A stretch of 64,000 bases of DNA from an uncultured Gemmatimonadaceae bacterium (GCA_963761305.1 CAVXGK010000002.1:2624001-2688000); one strand, 5' to 3'. Shown: positions 1 to 9,274, numbered from the stretch's first letter. The notes: generated from the sequence alone by a model not told the origin. Made by a program: numbers and translations.

Positions 1-65
1 GCGGTCTCGACGTGATGAAGCAGATCAAGCCGAACGACGTCATGAACTCCGTGCGCGTCGCCTGA
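1..65 (+). CDS. 3' end of probable cyclophilin-type peptidyl-prolyl isomerase (partial)
   Basis: Frame from nt 3 reads GLDVMKQIKPNDVMNSVRVA*, resembling the cyclophilin C-terminus (GxDVVxxI..gD.i.sV.I); truncated by the window edge. Confidence 0.6.
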   Translation, partial: GLDVMKQIKPNDVMNSVRVA

Positions 66-88
66 CGGCGCGCGCCTCAACCATCGCC

Positions 89-277
89 ATGGCACACGAC
101 CCCCACGACCACCACGATCACGCGCACGAAGATCACACGTTCGGCTCGGACACCCGAGCCGCGTTCCTTGGCCTGTTCATCGGCGCGATCGTCCTCTTCG
201 GTCTCGTGCGCACGATCATCGCGTTGACGAACGCCAAGTACGCGAACGAACGACCCGCGCCCGAAGCAACGAAGTAA
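89..277 (+). CDS. small membrane protein with His-rich N-terminus
   Basis: 62 aa, MAHDPHDHHDHAHEDH followed by one hydrophobic helix; typical codon usage. Confidence 0.7.
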   Translation: MAHDPHDHHDHAHEDHTFGSDTRAAFLGLFIGAIVLFGLVRTIIALTNAKYANERPAPEATK

Positions 278-290
278 AGCGAGCGTTTCG

Positions 291-542
291 AAACTGGTTT
301 GCCGCAGAGGCGCGGAGAACGGCCACAGAGGCGCAGAGAACGGCCGCCGAGGGCGTCGATGCGCCACGAGCCGGGATTTTTTGGAACTGACGCTCGGGAA
401 GCACTGGTGCTGGGGAGCGACGTTCCGCCGCAACGTGGCACCCCGAGCGGCTTCAACAAAAAACATCCCGGCTCGTTGCGCGACGGACTCGATCCTCTGC
501 GGCCGTTCTCTGCGTCTCTGCGCCTCTGCGGTAAAGCAGTTC
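291..542. repeat. nested palindromic intergenic element, copy A (REP/REPIN/MITE-like)
   Basis: Outer arms AACTGGTTTGCCGCAGAGGCGC / GCGCCTCTGCGGTAAAGCAGTT; inner inverted repeats 366-377/465-476 and 391-398/442-449; lies between convergent genes. Confidence 0.8.
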
Positions 543-576
543 TGGGCCAGCGCCCCGAAACCGGCCTCGCGCCGCC

Positions 577-1392
577 CTACAGGTGTCTTAGAAACCGCTC
601 CGGCCCATTCAGGAAATCGCGCGTGATCACCACGTGCTCCAATTCGTCGAACGGCACCGCTTCGACCGGTGCGCGGTCGCACGAATAGATCAGCGCCCCG
701 GGAAAGCCGAGCAGAATCGGCGAGTGCGTCGCGATGATGAACTGCGAGTCCTGCGCGACCATGTCGCGGATCATCGCGATCAGCGCGAGTTGGCTCTGCG
801 GCGACAGCGGCGCCTCGGGCTCGTCGAGCAAATAGAGTCCGCCCGGCACGAAGCGCGACTGGAAGAGTTTGAGAAAGCTCTGACCGTGTGAGTTGGCGTC
901 GAGATCGATGCCGTAGCGCCGTTGCATGTCCGCCAACGACGATGCGACCGGTCCCCTGGCCAGCCCCTTCGCTTTTTCCGAGCGCTCCGCGAACTCGACG
1001 TCGATCTCGGCGAGCCGGGCCTGCAGTTCCGCGCGCTCGCGCGACAGCGCCTTGGTGAATCCGAAAAAATCTTCGGCGCGCAGGAAAAAGCCGCGAAACG
1101 CCCGGCGGTCCCACGTCAGCTTGAGCGATTTGCCCAGGAACCGCTGCGCCGCGAGCGTCTCGTCGCGCTCCACGCTCATGCTGCCGACGGCCGGCAGGCC
1201 CGCCGCGACCGCGATCCCTTCGAGCAAGGTGGATTTGCCGGATCCGTTTTCGCCGACCAGGAACGTGACCGGCCGGTCGACCCGGAGAACCGGCAGGGTC
1301 CGAATGACCGGTACGGTGTAGGGGAACCGGTCGGCCGCCGCTTCGGGGATCCTGCGAAGCTCGACCGACCGAAGGTGGTGGGCGGGGGCCAT
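577..1392 (-). CDS. ABC/AAA-family ATPase (predicted ATPase, COG3910-like)
   Basis: Walker A GENGSGKST, signature SHGQSF, Walker B LYLLDEPEAPLSP, H-loop ATHSP. Confidence 0.9.
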   Translation of the reverse strand: MAPAHHLRSVELRRIPEAAADRFPYTVPVIRTLPVLRVDRPVTFLVGENGSGKSTLLEGIAVAAGLPAVGSMSVERDETLAAQRFLGKSLKLTWDRRAFRGFFLRAEDFFGFTKALSRERAELQARLAEIDVEFAERSEKAKGLARGPVASSLADMQRRYGIDLDANSHGQSFLKLFQSRFVPGGLYLLDEPEAPLSPQSQLALIAMIRDMVAQDSQFIIATHSPILLGFPGALIYSCDRAPVEAVPFDELEHVVITRDFLNGPERFLRHL

Positions 1393-1542
1393 CCGGGAAT
1401 GCTACTCCCGCGCGGCCGATGGCTCCAAGCTCCAGTTCCGGAACTCCCCCTCCCCGCTGATCGACCCGCCGTAAAGGCGGGATATGGTCCGGAGCGATGG
1501 GGTTGGAGCCCAAGGAGCCTTTCCGCGTGGTAATATTGAAGG

Positions 1543-2208
1543 ATGACCCCCACCGAAAACGCCGGTTCGTCCCCTACTCTGCCGTCCCGGGACGAAGCCT
1601 TGGCGCTGGTGCACGAATACACGGCCAGTGAATCCCTGCGAAAGCACATGCTGGCCGTCGAGGCTGCCATGCGGGCCTACGCCGGCCAGTACGGCGAGGA
1701 CCCCCAGCGTTGGGGGCTGGCCGGGCTGATTCACGACTTCGACTATGAAAGATTTCCGAACGCGTCGCGCTCGCCGGGCAACGAGCATCCGTCGTCAGGT
1801 GTCGCCATCCTCCGCGAGCGCGGCTGGCCAAGCGACATCCTCGACGCGGTGATGGGACACGCGGCGTACACCGGCGTCGCGCGGGAGACGCGGATGGCAA
1901 GGGCGCTGTTCGCCGTCGACGAGCTGACGGGACTGATCACCGCGACCGCACTCGTCAAACCGACGAAGAGCGTGCACGATGTGGACGCCCGGTCGGTCAT
2001 GAAAAAGATGAAGGACAAAACGTTCGCCAAGGGCGTGAGCCGCGAGGACGTCACGGTGGGCGCGCAGGAGTTGGGCGTCGATCTCGAACAGCACACGCAG
2101 TTCGTGATCGGCGCGATGCGCGGCGTCGCCGGGCCGCTCGGCCTCGCTGGAACGCCCGCGACTCCCGCTGCACCTACGGCGTCACCCGCCGAGGAGCCGG
2201 CCCGCTGA
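1543..2208 (+). CDS. HD-domain (HDIG-like) metal-dependent phosphohydrolase
   Basis: SLRKHMLAVE...GLIHDFDYE...H...GH...FAVDEL motifs. Confidence 0.85.
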   Translation: MTPTENAGSSPTLPSRDEALALVHEYTASESLRKHMLAVEAAMRAYAGQYGEDPQRWGLAGLIHDFDYERFPNASRSPGNEHPSSGVAILRERGWPSDILDAVMGHAAYTGVARETRMARALFAVDELTGLITATALVKPTKSVHDVDARSVMKKMKDKTFAKGVSREDVTVGAQELGVDLEQHTQFVIGAMRGVAGPLGLAGTPATPAAPTASPAEEPAR

Positions 2209-2301
2209 GCCGGTCCGCAGACCCTTGGGAACTCGTCGATTGCGCGATCAACGTTCACCCGCCACGGGCCGTTTATGAGAGTGGACACCGGCCACGTCCC
2301 G

Positions 2302-2892
2302 ATGACCGCTGCGACCACAATCGAGTTGCCGTTCGGCATGTCGCCGACCACTGACGCCAAGCCGGACGAGCGAGCGCTCGTCGTCGCGGCGCAACGGGGG
2401 TCGAGCGAAGCGTTCGCTCAGCTCGTCCGGTTGCATCAGCGTCGGGCGTATGCCGTGTGTCGCGCGATCGTGCTCACGCACGAGGACGCGGAGGACGCGG
2501 TTCAGGAAGGATTTCTTCACGCCTTCAAGGCACTGGACCGATTTCTTCCCGATCAGCCGTTCGGCGCGTGGCTCTACCGCATCATGGCCAACGCGTCGCT
2601 GGACCTGGTGCGGCGGCGGAAAGTCCGCGACGCGGACGAGCTGCCGGAAACGGTTCCCATGCCGTTCCGGGATCCGGGTGAGTCGGACGAGCTGCGGCGG
2701 CGTCTCAACGAGGCGTTGACGAAGCTCACTGACCGGCAACGGTCGGTAATCGTTTTACATGATGTAGAAGGTTTCACGCACGGCGAGATTGGCGCGATGT
2801 TGGGGATTCCCGAAGGTACGGCACGATCGGACCTGCATCACGCACGCGCGGCACTGCGCCGCATTCTCGGGGACGTTCGGAGCGATCTATGA
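2302..2892 (+). CDS. ECF RNA polymerase sigma factor
   Basis: Region 2 DAEDAVQEGF..AWLYRI; region 4 HGEIGAMLGIPEGTARSDLHHAR; start uncertain (2275/2302/2338). Confidence 0.9.
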   Translation: MTAATTIELPFGMSPTTDAKPDERALVVAAQRGSSEAFAQLVRLHQRRAYAVCRAIVLTHEDAEDAVQEGFLHAFKALDRFLPDQPFGAWLYRIMANASLDLVRRRKVRDADELPETVPMPFRDPGESDELRRRLNEALTKLTDRQRSVIVLHDVEGFTHGEIGAMLGIPEGTARSDLHHARAALRRILGDVRSDL

Positions 2893-3248
2893 GCGACATT
2901 CGGCTTCTTCCAGATGATGACGACGTAGTGCGCGGCTTGCGCGCGATCTACGCCGCGCCGGCGGGTGAGGCCTACTGGAGCGAACTGCAGGCGCGCGTCA
3001 TGTCGCGTGTCGCCGACGTGGAGTTGGGCTGGTGGACCGAACTCGATCGCTGGGCGCGTCCCGCGCTCGCGGCTGCGGCCGTCCTGCTGCTCTCGGCGGG
3101 CGTCGCCATGTTCCGCGCTCACCAGTCCGAGGCGGACATCGCCGCCGATGCGATGTTGTCTTCACCAGCCGTGCCGGTATCGAGTGCGATCCGGCCGGCA
3201 TACCAGGACGATCAGGGCGCGCGGCTGCGCTTCCTGTTCGGCCGCTAG
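2889..3248 (+). CDS. putative single-pass anti-sigma factor
   Basis: ATGA overlap with the ECF sigma; one TM helix (ALAAAAVLLLSAGVAM). Confidence 0.65.
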   Translation: MSDIRLLPDDDDVVRGLRAIYAAPAGEAYWSELQARVMSRVADVELGWWTELDRWARPALAAAAVLLLSAGVAMFRAHQSEADIAADAMLSSPAVPVSSAIRPAYQDDQGARLRFLFGR

Positions 3249-3262
3249 ACTCGGAGTTCACC

Positions 3263-3655
3263 ATGCAGCGCTCAAAACAGCAGGCGCTGATGTTCCTGCT
3301 CGGGGCCGTCCTCGTGGGCGGCGCGCTCGGCTTCTCGGCCGACCGTTACCTGGGCCATGAAAGGTTCGCCGCGTCGTACGGTCCGCGGACCAAGTTCTAC
3401 GACGCGATCGGACTCTCCGAGGTGCAGCGCAACACGCTCGACTCGCTCGCCTTCTCCCAGGACTGCGCGATTCGCGCGCTGCTCAAGCCGGAGAAACCCC
3501 AGCTCGACTCGATCCGCGCCACCTTCAAGGCGCAGGTCCGCCGCGTGTTCACGCCTGAACAGCTGCAGAAGTACGACGAGCGAGACGCCGAATTCAAAGC
3601 CCGCCGAGACGCGGAGACGCAGAAGGAGCCGAAGAGAACATGTTCCGCCAATTGA
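3263..3655 (+). CDS. exported helical protein, Spy/CpxP-like
   Basis: ATG after GGAG; signal/TM segment; LSEVQ and FTPEQ (LTxxQ-like) motifs. Confidence 0.7.
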   Translation: MQRSKQQALMFLLGAVLVGGALGFSADRYLGHERFAASYGPRTKFYDAIGLSEVQRNTLDSLAFSQDCAIRALLKPEKPQLDSIRATFKAQVRRVFTPEQLQKYDERDAEFKARRDAETQKEPKRTCSAN

Positions 3656-4971
3656 CGTTGCTGGTGGCCGTGCCGCTGTCGCTGACAGCGCAGACGCCAC
3701 AGCAGACGCCGCAAACGCAGCAGATGGGCGACACCTCGATGCACTCGATTTCGCTCGCCGAGGCGATTCGCCTGGCGAACGACAGAAACGTTTCGAACAT
3801 CATCGCATCGAACGGAGTGCGCTCCGCCACCAATAGCGTGCGCTCGGCGCGAGCGCAGCTGATTCCGCAGGTGATCGCGAGCGCGGGCCAGAGCAAGAGC
3901 TACGGCGATCGCGTCGGACAGAGCAACCAGATCGTCTCGTTCGTCCCCGCCTGGAGCTACAACACCGGGGTCCAGTCCTCGATGACCATTTTCGATGCCG
4001 GCAAGATGTTCGCCGACATCAAGACGGCAAATGCGAACGTCATTGCCGCCGAAGCCGGCGTGGTGAACACCGAGTTCAGCGTCTCGCTGCAGGTGAAGCT
4101 GGCGTACAACTTGATCCTCGCGAACAAGGAATCCGAAGCCGCCGCTCAGGCCCAGCTCGAGGCCGCGAACGTGCAGCTTCAGACCTCCATCGCCAAGGTC
4201 AACGCCGGCGCGGCCAACGTGTCCGACTCGCTCCGCGGCATCGTGCAGGTCGGCACCGCGCAGCTCGCGCTGTTGACGGCGCAGAACGCGTCGCGCACGG
4301 CGGCGGCAGCGCTCACGCGCCTCGTCGGCACGCCGTACTTTGTGACCGCGCAACTGCAGGACACCGTCGAGCGTCCGCCGCAGGCGATCGACAGCGCGCA
4401 GGTGCTCCAGCTCGCGCTGGATGGTCCGGGCATCCGCCAGGAGCAGGCGACGATCGTCGCCAACGAGGCCGCCATTCGCTCGGCCAGGACGGCGTATCTA
4501 CCCACCGTGACAGCCGGATTCAACTTGGGCGGAAGCGGGACATCGGCCATTTACGGATTCAACAGCAATCCGTTCCCGTATACGCGCACGATCAACGTCA
4601 GCCTGAACTATCCGCTCTTCAACCGCTTCACGCGCGAGAACAACATCGCCGCGGCGCAGATCAATCTCGAGAACACGCAGGCCACGCTCAAGGACGACCA
4701 GTTGGCCGCGCAGCAGAACATCCTCACGGCGATCGCCACGATGCGGAACGCCGAAGAGACGATGCGCGTGCAGCAGATCAACGTCGAGGCGAGCCAGGAA
4801 GATCTCCGCGTCCAGCAGCAGCGTTACAACCTCGGCGCCTCGGTTCTGCTCGACGTCCTCAACTCGCAGCTCGAGCTCGTGACGGCGCGGCAGCAACTGA
4901 TCCAGGCACGACTCAACTACCGCAACGCGCGGGCGCAGATCGAGTCCTACATCGGCCGCGACCTCCCGTAA
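3640..4971 (+). CDS. TolC-family outer membrane efflux protein
   Basis: Signal peptide; two OEP repeats (ISLAEAIRLA, AYLPTV, RYNLGASVLLDVL). Confidence 0.9.
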   Translation: MFRQLTLLVAVPLSLTAQTPQQTPQTQQMGDTSMHSISLAEAIRLANDRNVSNIIASNGVRSATNSVRSARAQLIPQVIASAGQSKSYGDRVGQSNQIVSFVPAWSYNTGVQSSMTIFDAGKMFADIKTANANVIAAEAGVVNTEFSVSLQVKLAYNLILANKESEAAAQAQLEAANVQLQTSIAKVNAGAANVSDSLRGIVQVGTAQLALLTAQNASRTAAAALTRLVGTPYFVTAQLQDTVERPPQAIDSAQVLQLALDGPGIRQEQATIVANEAAIRSARTAYLPTVTAGFNLGGSGTSAIYGFNSNPFPYTRTINVSLNYPLFNRFTRENNIAAAQINLENTQATLKDDQLAAQQNILTAIATMRNAEETMRVQQINVEASQEDLRVQQQRYNLGASVLLDVLNSQLELVTARQQLIQARLNYRNARAQIESYIGRDLP

Positions 4972-4998
4972 CGAGGTAGCAGCCGAGTACGAGCTGGG

Positions 4999-5033
4999 CT
5001 GGGCGGGGGCCGAAAGCCCCCGCCCCAGTTTTT
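4999..5033 (+). terminator. intrinsic terminator after the TolC-like gene
   Basis: CTGGGCGGGGGC-CGAAA-GCCCCCGCCCCAG followed by TTTTT. Confidence 0.75.
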
Positions 5034-5134
5034 ACCCGGCCGCGCATTCAGCGATCTCGCCTTTCCACGCGTACTTCCAGCAGGCAGATTGAACAGCTCG
5101 CGGCCAGACCGCCCGGCCGATAGGAGATATTCAA

Positions 5135-7141
5135 GTGAAAAGAATTTTGGGAGCGGCGCTGCTCGCCGTCGCCGCGGCTTGTGCCCGCAAGTCGCAGACG
5201 CCGACGGTCCAGACCGCTCTTGCCACGCGCCGCGACATCATCGTCGACGCGCAGGCAAACGGCACGATGGAACCGATCGCCATCATCGACGTGAAGTCCA
5301 AGGCCTCCGGCGTCATCGACAAGATGACCGTCGAGACGGGAACGAACGTCAAGCCCGGTGATCTGATCGTTCAGATCAACACGCGCGACGTGCAGAACCG
5401 GTACGACCAGGCCAAGGCCATGCTCGATGCCGCGCAGGCCAAGCTCCAGGTCTCCGAAGCGAACAAGACGCGCAACGAAGCGATGTTCAAGGCGCGCGTC
5501 ATCACGCCGCAGGAGTTCGAGCAGGTCGCCGTCGATTACGAGAACGCGAAATCCGGCGTCGTGAACGGGCAGGCGAACCTCGACCTCGCCAAGCAGAGCC
5601 TCGAAGACGCCACGGTCAAGGCGCCGAGCGAAGGCACGATCATCACGAAGAACGTGTCGGAGGGAACGGTCATCGCCGGCGCGACGAACTCCGTGAGCGG
5701 CGGCACGACGATCGTGCAGATGGCCGACTTGAGCATCGTCAGAATCCGCGCGTTCTTCAACGAGTCCGACATCGGCAACGTGCACCCGGGCGAGCCGGCC
5801 AACGTCACCGTCGACGCGTATCCCGATCGGCGCTTCAGCGGCGTCGTACAGAAGATCGAGCCGCAGGCCGTCGTACAGCAGAACGTCACGATGTTCCCGG
5901 TGCTGGTGAACCTCGAGAATCACGACGGGCTTCTTCGCCCCGGCATGAACGGCGAAGTGTCGGTGCTGATCGATGAAGTCGACAACGTCGTCGCCGTGCC
6001 CAACGACGCGATCAAGAATCCGCGCGAGGCCGTGGCGACCGGCGCGATGCTCGGCCTGAACGCCGACTCGGTGCAGGCCTCGCTGCGCGCGCAGGGATTC
6101 ACCGGCGGCGGCAATCGCGGTGGTTTTGGCGGACGGGGCGGGAACGGCGCCGGCGGCGGTCGTAACAGCGGCGCGCCGGGTGGTGGAGGTGCGCCGGGTG
6201 GCGCTCCGGCTACGAACGGCGCGACCAACGGCGCTGCGACGCCCACCGGCACCGCGTTCGGTGACGTTGCGCTGGCCGGCGAGCCCGCGCAGGGACCCGG
6301 CAACGGCGCCTCCCAAGGCGGCGGCCAGTTCGGCATGCAGGTATCGGATACCGACTGCAAGAAGATCGACGACGTCCTCAAGGCGCATCCGAAAGAGAAG
6401 AAGCAGCTCGACGATCTGCGGACCAAGATGCAGGCGCTCCGTCCGGCCAACTTCGGCAACAACGGAGCGAACGGAAATCGCGGCTTCGGCGGCCGCACCC
6501 GCGGCGACTCGGCCGGCGGGTCACGTCCGCGCGGCAACGGTGGCGGCGGCGGTGCCGATTCATCCGGCCAGCGCCGTCGTGGCGGCAATGGTGGTAATGG
6601 TGGTGGCGCCAACGGCGGAGGCGGCAATGGTGGCGGCTTCCGCGGCTCGCCCGAGATGCAGGCGATCAACGACCAGATGCGCACGATTTACACAACGCTC
6701 AAGATCGACGCTCGTACGGCCGGCGCGTGTGCTCGCCGTCAGGCTGGCCCAGCGGGGCAACAGGCGAGCGGCGGCGCTTCGCGGACGAAGGGTGCGCAGG
6801 CTGGACAGGGCGCGCTCACGCCGTCCCCGGAGTACGCGGCGCGACCGACTCGCGCACGCACCGGCCTGGTGTTCGTCTCGGACAGCACCAAGACGCACTT
6901 CGCTCCGCGCATCGTGCAACTCGGCGAGGGCAACCTCGACTACACCGAAGTGCAGAGCGGTCTCAAGGAAGGTGAGCGGGTCGTGATGCTGGGCGCGCTC
7001 GCGCTGCAAGCGCAGCGTCAAGCGCAGCAGGATCGCGTGCGCGCCACCGCCAGTCCGCTTGGCGGCGGCCAGCAGCCTGGCCCCGGTCCCGGCGCCGGCG
7101 GTGCACGTGGTGGGGGTGGCGGCGGCGGGCGTGGAGGCTGA
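5135..7141 (+). CDS. MacA/HlyD-type periplasmic adaptor lipoprotein with long Gly/Arg-rich insert
   Basis: GTG start after GGAG; lipobox AAAC; lipoyl halves (VKSKASGVI, VKAPSEGTI); LRPGM; GLKEGERVV. Confidence 0.9.
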   Translation: MKRILGAALLAVAAACARKSQTPTVQTALATRRDIIVDAQANGTMEPIAIIDVKSKASGVIDKMTVETGTNVKPGDLIVQINTRDVQNRYDQAKAMLDAAQAKLQVSEANKTRNEAMFKARVITPQEFEQVAVDYENAKSGVVNGQANLDLAKQSLEDATVKAPSEGTIITKNVSEGTVIAGATNSVSGGTTIVQMADLSIVRIRAFFNESDIGNVHPGEPANVTVDAYPDRRFSGVVQKIEPQAVVQQNVTMFPVLVNLENHDGLLRPGMNGEVSVLIDEVDNVVAVPNDAIKNPREAVATGAMLGLNADSVQASLRAQGFTGGGNRGGFGGRGGNGAGGGRNSGAPGGGGAPGGAPATNGATNGAATPTGTAFGDVALAGEPAQGPGNGASQGGGQFGMQVSDTDCKKIDDVLKAHPKEKKQLDDLRTKMQALRPANFGNNGANGNRGFGGRTRGDSAGGSRPRGNGGGGGADSSGQRRRGGNGGNGGGANGGGGNGGGFRGSPEMQAINDQMRTIYTTLKIDARTAGACARRQAGPAGQQASGGASRTKGAQAGQGALTPSPEYAARPTRARTGLVFVSDSTKTHFAPRIVQLGEGNLDYTEVQSGLKEGERVVMLGALALQAQRQAQQDRVRATASPLGGGQQPGPGPGAGGARGGGGGGGRGG

Positions 7142-7145
7142 TTAA

Positions 7146-8366
7146 ATGCTGATCGGCGAAATCATCAGCGTCGCGCTCGGCGCGCTGCGTGCCAACAAGC
7201 TGCGTTCGCTCCTTACGATGCTCGGCATCGTGATCGGCGTCGGCGCGGTGATCGCGGTCGTCGCGCTGGGCACCGGGGCGCAGCAGGCGGTGAAGGATCG
7301 CATCGCGGCACTCGGCACGACCCTCCTCACCGTGAGCCCGGGCCAGCAGCGCGGCCAGGGCGTGGCGATCGCGGGCGCCGTGCAGCGCCTCACGATCGAG
7401 GATGCGAAGGCGGTGGACGAACACGCGATGCATCTCCTGGCGGTGCAGCCCGAAATGCGCTCGATGCAGCAAATCGTGGTCGGCAACAAGAACGCGAACA
7501 CGCAGATCATCGGGACCACGCCGAACTACCTCGAGGTTCGCAAGTACTCGCTGCAGGCGGGGCAGATGTTCACCGCGGCGGACGACGAGGGCCGTCAGCG
7601 CGTCGCGGTGGTCGGCAACACGGTCGTCAACAACCTCGGTATCACGACCCCCGAAGCGCTCGTCGGCGAGACGGTGAGAATTCGCGGAACGCAGTTCACC
7701 GTCGTCGGCGTGATGGCCCCCAAGGGGCAAGCCAACGCGTTTCAGGATCCGGACGACGAAATCCTCGTTCCGATCGAGACCGCGCGCTTCCGCGTGAACG
7801 GATCCGATCGTCTCGCGTCGATCAGCGCGCTCGCCGAGTCGGAGGATGAGATCCCGGACGCGATGGCGGAGATTCAGCGCGTGCTGCGCCGCCAGCACAA
7901 GATTCGCCAAGGCCTCCCGGACGATTTTCAGATCCGTAATCAGGCCGACATTCTGCAGACGACGCAGGAAACGACGCAGGTCATGACCTACCTGCTCTCC
8001 GGCATCGCGGCCGTATCGCTGCTGGTCGGCGGCATCGGCATCATGAACATCATGCTCGTGTCGGTCACCGAACGCACTCGAGAGATCGGAATTCGAAAGG
8101 CGCTCGGCGCGACACGCGCAAACATCCTGCTGCAATTCCTCATCGAGGCCGTTGTGCTCTGTCTCCTCGGCGGCATGATCGGCATCGCCCTCGGAGCGGG
8201 CGGAGCGACGGTGATGAGCCATACGGCGGGATGGTCGACGCAGGTATCACTCGGCGCGGTCACCATGGCGTTCGCGTTCTCGGCACTGGTCGGCCTTTCG
8301 TTCGGCGTGTGGCCGGCCCGGCGGGCCGCGGTGCTCGATCCGATCGTGGCGCTGCGGTACGAGTAG
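7146..8366 (+). CDS. MacB/FtsX-type ABC transporter permease
   Basis: NKLRSLLTMLGIVIGV; GGIGIMNIMLVSVTERTREIGIRKALGA; LDPIVALRYE. Confidence 0.95.
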   Translation: MLIGEIISVALGALRANKLRSLLTMLGIVIGVGAVIAVVALGTGAQQAVKDRIAALGTTLLTVSPGQQRGQGVAIAGAVQRLTIEDAKAVDEHAMHLLAVQPEMRSMQQIVVGNKNANTQIIGTTPNYLEVRKYSLQAGQMFTAADDEGRQRVAVVGNTVVNNLGITTPEALVGETVRIRGTQFTVVGVMAPKGQANAFQDPDDEILVPIETARFRVNGSDRLASISALAESEDEIPDAMAEIQRVLRRQHKIRQGLPDDFQIRNQADILQTTQETTQVMTYLLSGIAAVSLLVGGIGIMNIMLVSVTERTREIGIRKALGATRANILLQFLIEAVVLCLLGGMIGIALGAGGATVMSHTAGWSTQVSLGAVTMAFAFSALVGLSFGVWPARRAAVLDPIVALRYE

Positions 8367-8397
8367 ACGACGCGCCGTTTCGGCAATCACGAGTTGA

Positions 8398-8443
8398 GCT
8401 CAACCGCGCAGGGGACTTGGTCTCCTGCGCGGTTGAGCGTTTT
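8398..8443 (+). terminator. intrinsic terminator after the permease
   Basis: 15-bp inverted repeat GCTCAACCGCGCAGG / CCTGCGCGGTTGAGC followed by GTTTT. Confidence 0.7.
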
Positions 8444-8486
8444 GCGGGATTGCCTGAGCGACGGACATTGCTTGCCGTGCCCGTCT

Positions 8487-8546
8487 CCGCACCCCGCACC
8501 CCGCACCCCGCACCCCGCACCCCGCACTCCGCACTCCGCACTCCGC
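8487..8546. repeat. heptamer tandem repeat (CCGCACC)5(CCGCACT)3CCGC
   Basis: Read directly; abuts TTGACA. Confidence 0.95.
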
Positions 8547-8606
8547 TTGACACGATATATCTCCCCGTTATATCGTACTTGCACAACGATATATCGAACT
8601 AGGAGG
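8547..8606 (+). promoter_or_regulatory. sigma70-like promoter with probable PadR operator and RBS
   Basis: TTGACA 8547-8552; TATCGT 8571-8576; inverted repeat ACGATATA/TATATCGT; palindrome CGATATATCG 8587-8596; AGGAGG 8601-8606. Confidence 0.7.
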
Positions 8607-8610
8607 CACC

Positions 8611-9246
8611 ATGTGGGGACCATTCGCTCTCGGAATCGACTCTAACACCTGTGGCGAGCGCCGTTTCCGCTGGGGCTGGGACGCCTTCGGCGGCTGGGGC
8701 ACTGGCGGGCCCCGCGGACGGCACTGGAAGGGCCGTGCAGGCCGCCTGTTCGAGCAGGGAGACCTCAAGTACGTCATCCTCAGGCTGCTCGAGGAGAAGC
8801 CCCGCCACGGGTACGAGATCATCAAGGAGCTGGAAGGCCGCTTTGGGGGCTCGTATGTGCCCAGTCCGGGCACCGTCTACCCCACCCTGACCATGCTCGA
8901 AGACCTGGGCTACGCCCGGGCCGTTCCCGAAGAAGGTGGCAAGAAGGTCTACGAGATCACGGACGAAGGCCGGAGGTACCTGGCCGAGCACAGCACTACG
9001 GTCGACGACATCTTCGAGCGGATCGCGCGGTTCGTCGAAGGGTTCACCGACACGCCGATGATGGAGCTCAATCAGGCATTCCAGCGCCTCGCGCGGAGCA
9101 CGTACAAGACGGCTACGGCCCACATTGGGGAGAAGGAGATGCTGGAGCGTCTCCGTGACATCATTCGTCGCGCAGGCGACGAAGTCGAGGCCGCGACCAA
9201 GGGATCGCCGTCGCCGGGCGCGGCAGCCGACCCGCCGCCCGAGTAA
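8611..9246 (+). CDS. PadR-family transcriptional regulator (YqjI-like)
   Basis: GDLKYVILRLLEEKPRHGYEIIK...PSPGTVYPTLTMLED...KKVYEIT. Confidence 0.92.
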   Translation: MWGPFALGIDSNTCGERRFRWGWDAFGGWGTGGPRGRHWKGRAGRLFEQGDLKYVILRLLEEKPRHGYEIIKELEGRFGGSYVPSPGTVYPTLTMLEDLGYARAVPEEGGKKVYEITDEGRRYLAEHSTTVDDIFERIARFVEGFTDTPMMELNQAFQRLARSTYKTATAHIGEKEMLERLRDIIRRAGDEVEAATKGSPSPGAAADPPPE

Positions 9247-9274
9247 GTTGCCGCGAACCGGCGCGGCGGCCTGC

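Noticed and set aside
291..542. Possible CRISPR array or integron attC site
   Set aside because: No regularly spaced identical repeats with unique spacers, no cas or integrase gene, and the size and ends do not fit the attC consensus
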